Source: Marsupella aquatica
Lineage: Eukaryota > Plantae > Marchantiophyta
Reading direction: 5' to 3'
Length of the DNA stretch: 64,000 nt
Assembly (NCBI GenBank): GCA_973895155.1
Contig: OZ316899.1
Location: 8,187,241 to 8,251,240, forward strand
This document shows positions 59,165 to 64,000 of this stretch, one piece after another. A program made the position numbers and the translations under genes. Every line of letters starts with the position of its first letter. Within the stretch, counting starts at the first letter, position 1. Under the pieces are notes generated by a model. It had not been told where the DNA came from, made no database searches, and saw nothing but the letters and a program-made list of their open reading frames with translations.

Positions 59165-62100
59165 TGTGGTGCGTCCCATGGCTCCCTAAACCCAAAAAAC
59201 CCCTTTGCACAAGCCGATTCCCGTAGGTTTCGCTCTTGGCAAGGCCAATTTCGCGGCTATGCGGCATGGGACGCTGCTAACTTCCTTCTACTACTATTTA
59301 ACATTTTACTCACATATACTGGACAGATCCTTCATCGGGTCATGAGATACGTAGCTGGCCTATTCTAGTCCTTCCCTTGTCCTCATCTCTCGGTTTCCCT
59401 TTAGGTATGTTTGGATTCCGCCATCGGAATGATCCCCAACTGGCTTGGGTAAGCCGCTAAGATCTCTCTCAGCTCGACACATCCAACTCTTACTACCTTG
59501 CTACCCTTCTTGGTTGATGTGGGCAATCTTCAAACAAGTTAATGCGACACACGAATAGCAAAATGACTCCTTCTGACTGAGTTATACCATGCACTTGCCA
59601 TACAAATAGTACTTCTCATATACAAGTTTTGCGAACTAAGCCGTGATGCCAACTCTATTCATCTCTTAGGTATGAGGAAACATGAATATACACAAGGGTC
59701 ACAGTATAACTAACCGAGAGCTTCTTTAACTACTTGATCCCAGCCCTGCTGGTGCACTAAAAACTTGCTAAGGAAGAAGGCCCTCAACTCCCCGCTGCCC
59801 AGGTACTTATCCTGGTAGTGGATCCGCCTAATTCCTTGCAATGTAAGCCTAATCTACCCTACTGTAATCTACCTAACTGTAATCTACCTATGTACAGCGA
59901 GGCAGGAGCACAAGTGTTGCTCTTACCAGTGGATCCGCAATCCCACTAAGCTAAGTGTCAGGGTTGCCTCTTGGTCCTGATCCTAATTCTAAACTTGGAG
60001 ATCTGAGCCCGCCCTGCCCACTCACGCCTCCTCCCTCCACGTCCGCCCTCCTTAAAAGGAGCGGCCCTCCACCACCGTCATGGCAACGATGTCTGGTCCT
60101 CAATGGACGCCCCCAACACTTCCTCCGCAGCCACTACCATAGGTCCGTCCTCTGATAGATTACCTGCTCCGGACCGAGTCAACTCTCCATCGGCCTGATT
60201 GGGTCCACCCTCGGCTTTGGTCTCAGCATCGGCCACGGCCTCCCCGACATGTTCATCACCGAGTATCCTAGCCTCGGCTTTGCCATACCCGCCTTCTAGG
60301 GCAGTTGGATCCTTTGCCGTGACCCTACCTGAGGTTGGTGCTGGTTTACCTCCTTGGTCACGACGGCTTGAGGAGCCGTATTACTCCCTGACCCAAAAGG
60401 TTTCCGCTTCTTCTTCTTCTTTGGTTTGGCAACTGGCCCCTTCCCCTTGCCACTTACCTCCGACACCGGTGCGAGTGTCTCGGCTTGTCCTTCGACCAGT
60501 ACTACTCCTGGTAACTTGGTTGCCCCAATTGGAGTTGGACCTGAGGAAGCCAAGCACTTAAATACTGCGGCTTGTTTCTTCAACCGCTCCATTTGGTTGT
60601 CGGCCCGCTGCTGTAAGTTCTCCATCTTCCGCGTGCTTTCCTCCAACTCCTCCTGCAATTCATCCAGGTCCTTGCGCGCCTCCTCCCGCTCCTTCTGGGC
60701 TTCCTCCAATTCCTCCTTTAAGGTAGCCCTCTCCTCCTGGGTTGCTCTTAGCTCCTTGTTGAGCTCCGTAACAACCTCAGACTCCATTTTATTCATCTTG
60801 GCATAAGTCTGGTCGAGCTGGTTGTCTTTCTTGCGGAGGTCGGCCTTGAAGCTGGCCGTCATGGATGCGAGCTCCTGCCACAGCACGATAATCGCCTAAT
60901 AGGATTTCCCTAACTCGGCCTCCTTCTGCTCAAGGGCTCCGCGGATATCCTCGAGTTCCCCCTTCAGTGCCCTTTCCCTTCTCTGAGTTTCCGCCATGGC
61001 CCGATTGTTGGCTGCTATGTGGGCCTCCTCTGCGTCTCTCAGCTCTTGCTTCCACTTCTCCTTTTCCTTGATCAAATCGGCCAGCTCACCTTGGGTCCAA
61101 GTTAGTTTATCCTTGATAATTTGATTATCAGACTGTGCGGTATCCAATTGCCCCTGCATGATGTTGAGCTCATGCCGCTTAATCCGCAGCTCATCTTGGG
61201 CTTTCTTGGCTGCCTTCAAGTCTTCTACCTTGGCTTCCCTTGCCCTAAGCCGATGGATGACCTCGTCCTTCTTGCTTCTCTCCAAAGCCACCGCTTCTTC
61301 TAATCGGCGCTTCTCCAACATTTCCCTCTGGAAAAAAGGTCCCTGCTCCAACTCCTCCCCAAAGATGCCCAGTGCAAGTTCCCCACACATCTCCCCGTAC
61401 TCCATGGCTCATTCTTTAGCATAGCCGGAGTGAGTAGAAGTCATCGGCATCATCCACCGTGGCCTTTGTTCCCAAGCCGCCTTGCGAATTTCTTCTATCG
61501 TGGCTGGCGGGCTGCTTCGTTTTTCTGCAAGCCGCCTGATGTCCTCTGGCCATTCTCCTCCTGGTAAATCCTTCTCCCTAGCCAGGGCTGCCTCTTCTTC
61601 CCCCCTGAGTCGTTCCTGAAACTCCTGTGCCGTCTGTTTTATGTCGTCGAAGCTCGGGGGAGCCACATCTGGTGGGGGAGACTCGGGGCTGCTCTGTTGG
61701 GTTGGGTCCCCTTGAACTACTCTTGGAAGAGTGGGGATGAACCTGCCACAGGTCCTTATTCCTGGAACATGATGGTCCGACCCGTAGCCGGAGTCATCAT
61801 TGTCGTAGCCTTCTACCGCCTCCTCCTCGGCTTGGACTACCGGCTCCCCCCGCTATTGTCCTGGTCTTGCCGTGAACACGGCCTCACAGATCACGGGTCC
61901 TGGTTCCTCCGGCTTCCACGTTGATCTCATCTTCTCCCTGTCGCGACTAGGAGCTTTGGGCTGCTTTTCCTCGGCTTTGGGATTTGAAGCTCCTACATAC
62001 ATTTGGACTCCCGGCTCGTGTTCCGGTCTCCTTCTCTCCTTGACCCCGGTAAAGGGGTTTTCCCTAGTAAGTTGGCTAAGGCCGACTTTGGGAGCAGTAT

Positions 62101-63845
62101 TCTGTACCGGTCCCGTTGCCGTTGTCGTTCTCCTTTCCTTCTCCAGCAATTTCAGTAGATTCTGCATGCCTGGTTGCTGCATCGGCAAGTCCTCCTTCCT
62201 CGGCCTAAACACCTTCTCGATTGTAGGACTGTCAGGCTGGGTTGGTTTCTCTGTTGCCGGCCTCGGTTCCGAAACCTCCTCTGGTGCTCTTGCCTGCAAG
62301 GGCAATACCGGGGCAAATATCTGACTTTGGGCATACCGGCACAACAGCGGCATATGATAACCAAGCTGGGACACGCTTCCCATGCCGATCACCAGCTGTT
62401 CCTCCTTCAAGATCTTCTTTAGTTGGGTGAGGAGGTACCCGTTGTAGTCTCGGCTTGGGTTTGGCCTCTCCGCCAGATAGACCTGTGCCTTGCCGATCTC
62501 TACCCTCGGCAACTTACAATGCATGGTTACCCGCAATAAATCGATCATTTCTCCTATGTGCGGGTTGCTGCAGGTGTTTTGGAAGAAGCCATTCTTTGTT
62601 GATGGCCCTGGAAACAACCGGAACTCCCTGTCTGGCAAGGTCTTCCTGGTATCTACTTTGGTCTTATTGCCCATCGGCAAGCCAAATACTTTGGCAATCA
62701 CCCGGGGAGTGAGATAGAAATCCTTCCCATACACCCTTGTGGAATTGGTCTTGGGCTCCCATGATCCCACGAATTCTAGTAAGTCTGAATCCGGCACCTC
62801 TTGCTTTAGCCATGGTAACTTAACGAAGGCTTCCAAGCCGGATCCGGCCATGAAACCTTGGTATTTCTGAGTCTGCATAGCCGTAAAGCATGCATCCTCC
62901 TCCCGTGCAAAGTGTAATTGCACCTCCTCAGGGAGGGTCGTGGCCCAGCCTTTCTAGGTGTCATCTCTTGTTGGAATGGCATTGATGGGGTCAACCTCCT
63001 CCTCTTCGGCTTCCGCCTGCCTCCTGCTTCCCTGCTCTACTGGTTTCCTGGGTGCCGCCGACCTCGTTCTTTTTGCAGGGGTGGCTTCTTTGTTGTTGTT
63101 CCCTTTCCTCTTCATAGCGGTTACCGTGGATGTTTCTCCTAACACGGTTGCCTTTGTCCACCCCTCCGTGCTACCCTTCAACTGCCAGTGCATGTCGTTG
63201 CAGCGGTTGATGGCCTCCCGGATGCCGACTATTCTATTCTCACAAAACAGAAGATTGTCAGGTTTGTCGGCAGTAGGCGTCCACAAGAATTCAGCCGTAA
63301 TGAGTTCTCCTCCTAAGAAAGTAAACTTCTACAGCTCCCACAGCCGAGCGAGTTCCTGTCATTCTCAAGCCGCTCTCTCCGATTCTTTGTCCTCGTAGGT
63401 CCCAATGTACTCAGTTGCCCATTCTAACAGGCATCCCCCAAAATGAGTAGCTTGATTGACGTTGCTCATACCCTTCTTGAGTTTATTGTCGGTATCTGCT
63501 TCCACCCCGAGTGCTTGCCTGAGCAGCGGACAGTAGTTGGCCTCCCGTAGTTGTCCGCTTGGCTCGTGTTTGCAAATGAGCCGCCATTCCTTGCGCTCGG
63601 TCCTTACCCCCCCTTGGCTGGTCTTCCTTCCCGTTGGTTACCCACAGCCGCCGGTACTTAGCACACCCTAACCCTAATCGTGTTCCCTCCCCCGACGTCC
63701 TTACTTTTGGCCTCGGCTCGGGTTCCATAGTCACCCTTAATTGTTTATATTTCCCTATTTTTGTTACTATACTAAGGTGTTTCCTAGGGTACACTCCTGA
63801 TTTTACTATTTAAACTGGCCTAATGATTCCTGGCTAGGCATCACA
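59165..63845 (-). repeat. 5' LTR (copy D, 4.68 kb) of the long-LTR element, containing the decayed accessory ORF (~60079-63728)
   Basis: The minus strand reads TGTGATGCC..GCACCACA, then TTTT, then the PBS. ORFs 62954..63286, 61853..62923, 61409..61666, 60896..61405 and 60296..60886 are pieces of one protein. Confidence 0.93.
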
Positions 63846-64000
63846 CAGCTCAAGAGGTTGAGCTTCTGCAACTACGACCCAAGGTTGCAACCGCCGATGA
63901 GTTGTTAGCAAATGCGCATGCCCTTACCGCCTTAGCCGAACAGGCCAAAGCCGGGAAGGAGGACAAGATTGCACACCTCCAAACCCAGGTTGACAGTTTG

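Larger units (their letters stand above)
32860..63845 (-). mobile_element. Full-length Ty3/gypsy (non-chromovirus-like) element with ~4.7-kb protein-coding LTRs; hosts two later insertions
   Basis: TSD CAGCT at 32855-32859 and 63846-63850. 5' LTR at 59165-63845; 3' LTR at 32860-33103 plus 46652-51036. PBS TGGCGCTAGATGGAGG (tRNA-Asn-like) at 59145-59160. PPT TTAAGTGGGGAGC next to 51036. Confidence 0.93.
30253..64000 (+). mobile_element. Second element family, apparently also an ORF-bearing long LTR (30253-32859, resuming 63851 to the window end)
   Basis: Begins TGTGACGCC (compare TGTGATGCC) exactly where the minus-strand exon is cut. Carries an ORF homologous to the copy A protein. The other end is outside the window. 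Confidence 0.6.

Overview
This window is eukaryotic, repeat-dense land-plant DNA, probably from a non-seed plant such as a bryophyte (inferred from element families, not provable here). It consists almost entirely of nested transposons. From left to right: (1) the 3' part of a MULE/Mutator-like DDE transposase gene with a SWIM finger, plus its terminal repeat; (2) two nested, decayed Ty1/copia elements; (3) a small MITE-like relative of the MULE element; (4) an L1 ORF1 fragment; (5) a decayed multi-exon minus-strand gene (methyltransferase-fold-like region plus Ulp1/C48 protease) hit by several Ty3/gypsy insertions. The main finding is a Ty3/gypsy element at 32860-63845 (minus strand, TSD CAGCT) whose two LTRs are about 4.7 kb. 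Each LTR contains a roughly 3.6-kb sense ORF (about 1,200 aa when reconstructed) encoding a conserved globular domain and a long coiled coil. The same protein-coding LTR also occurs as a TSD-flanked solo LTR (25209-29885) and as an internally deleted solo LTR (56868-58768). A second family appears to share this design (30253 onward). A very young, intact Athila-like element nested inside (33104-46651) carries a homolog of the same domain in the usual post-pol position, between two copies of its PPT. This suggests the accessory gene entered the LTR through a PPT switch. The young element also has a TGA-CAATTA readthrough signal between gag-PR and RT, a second protease-like ORF, and arrays of palindromic motifs. 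All boundaries were read by eye; no alignments or database searches were run.
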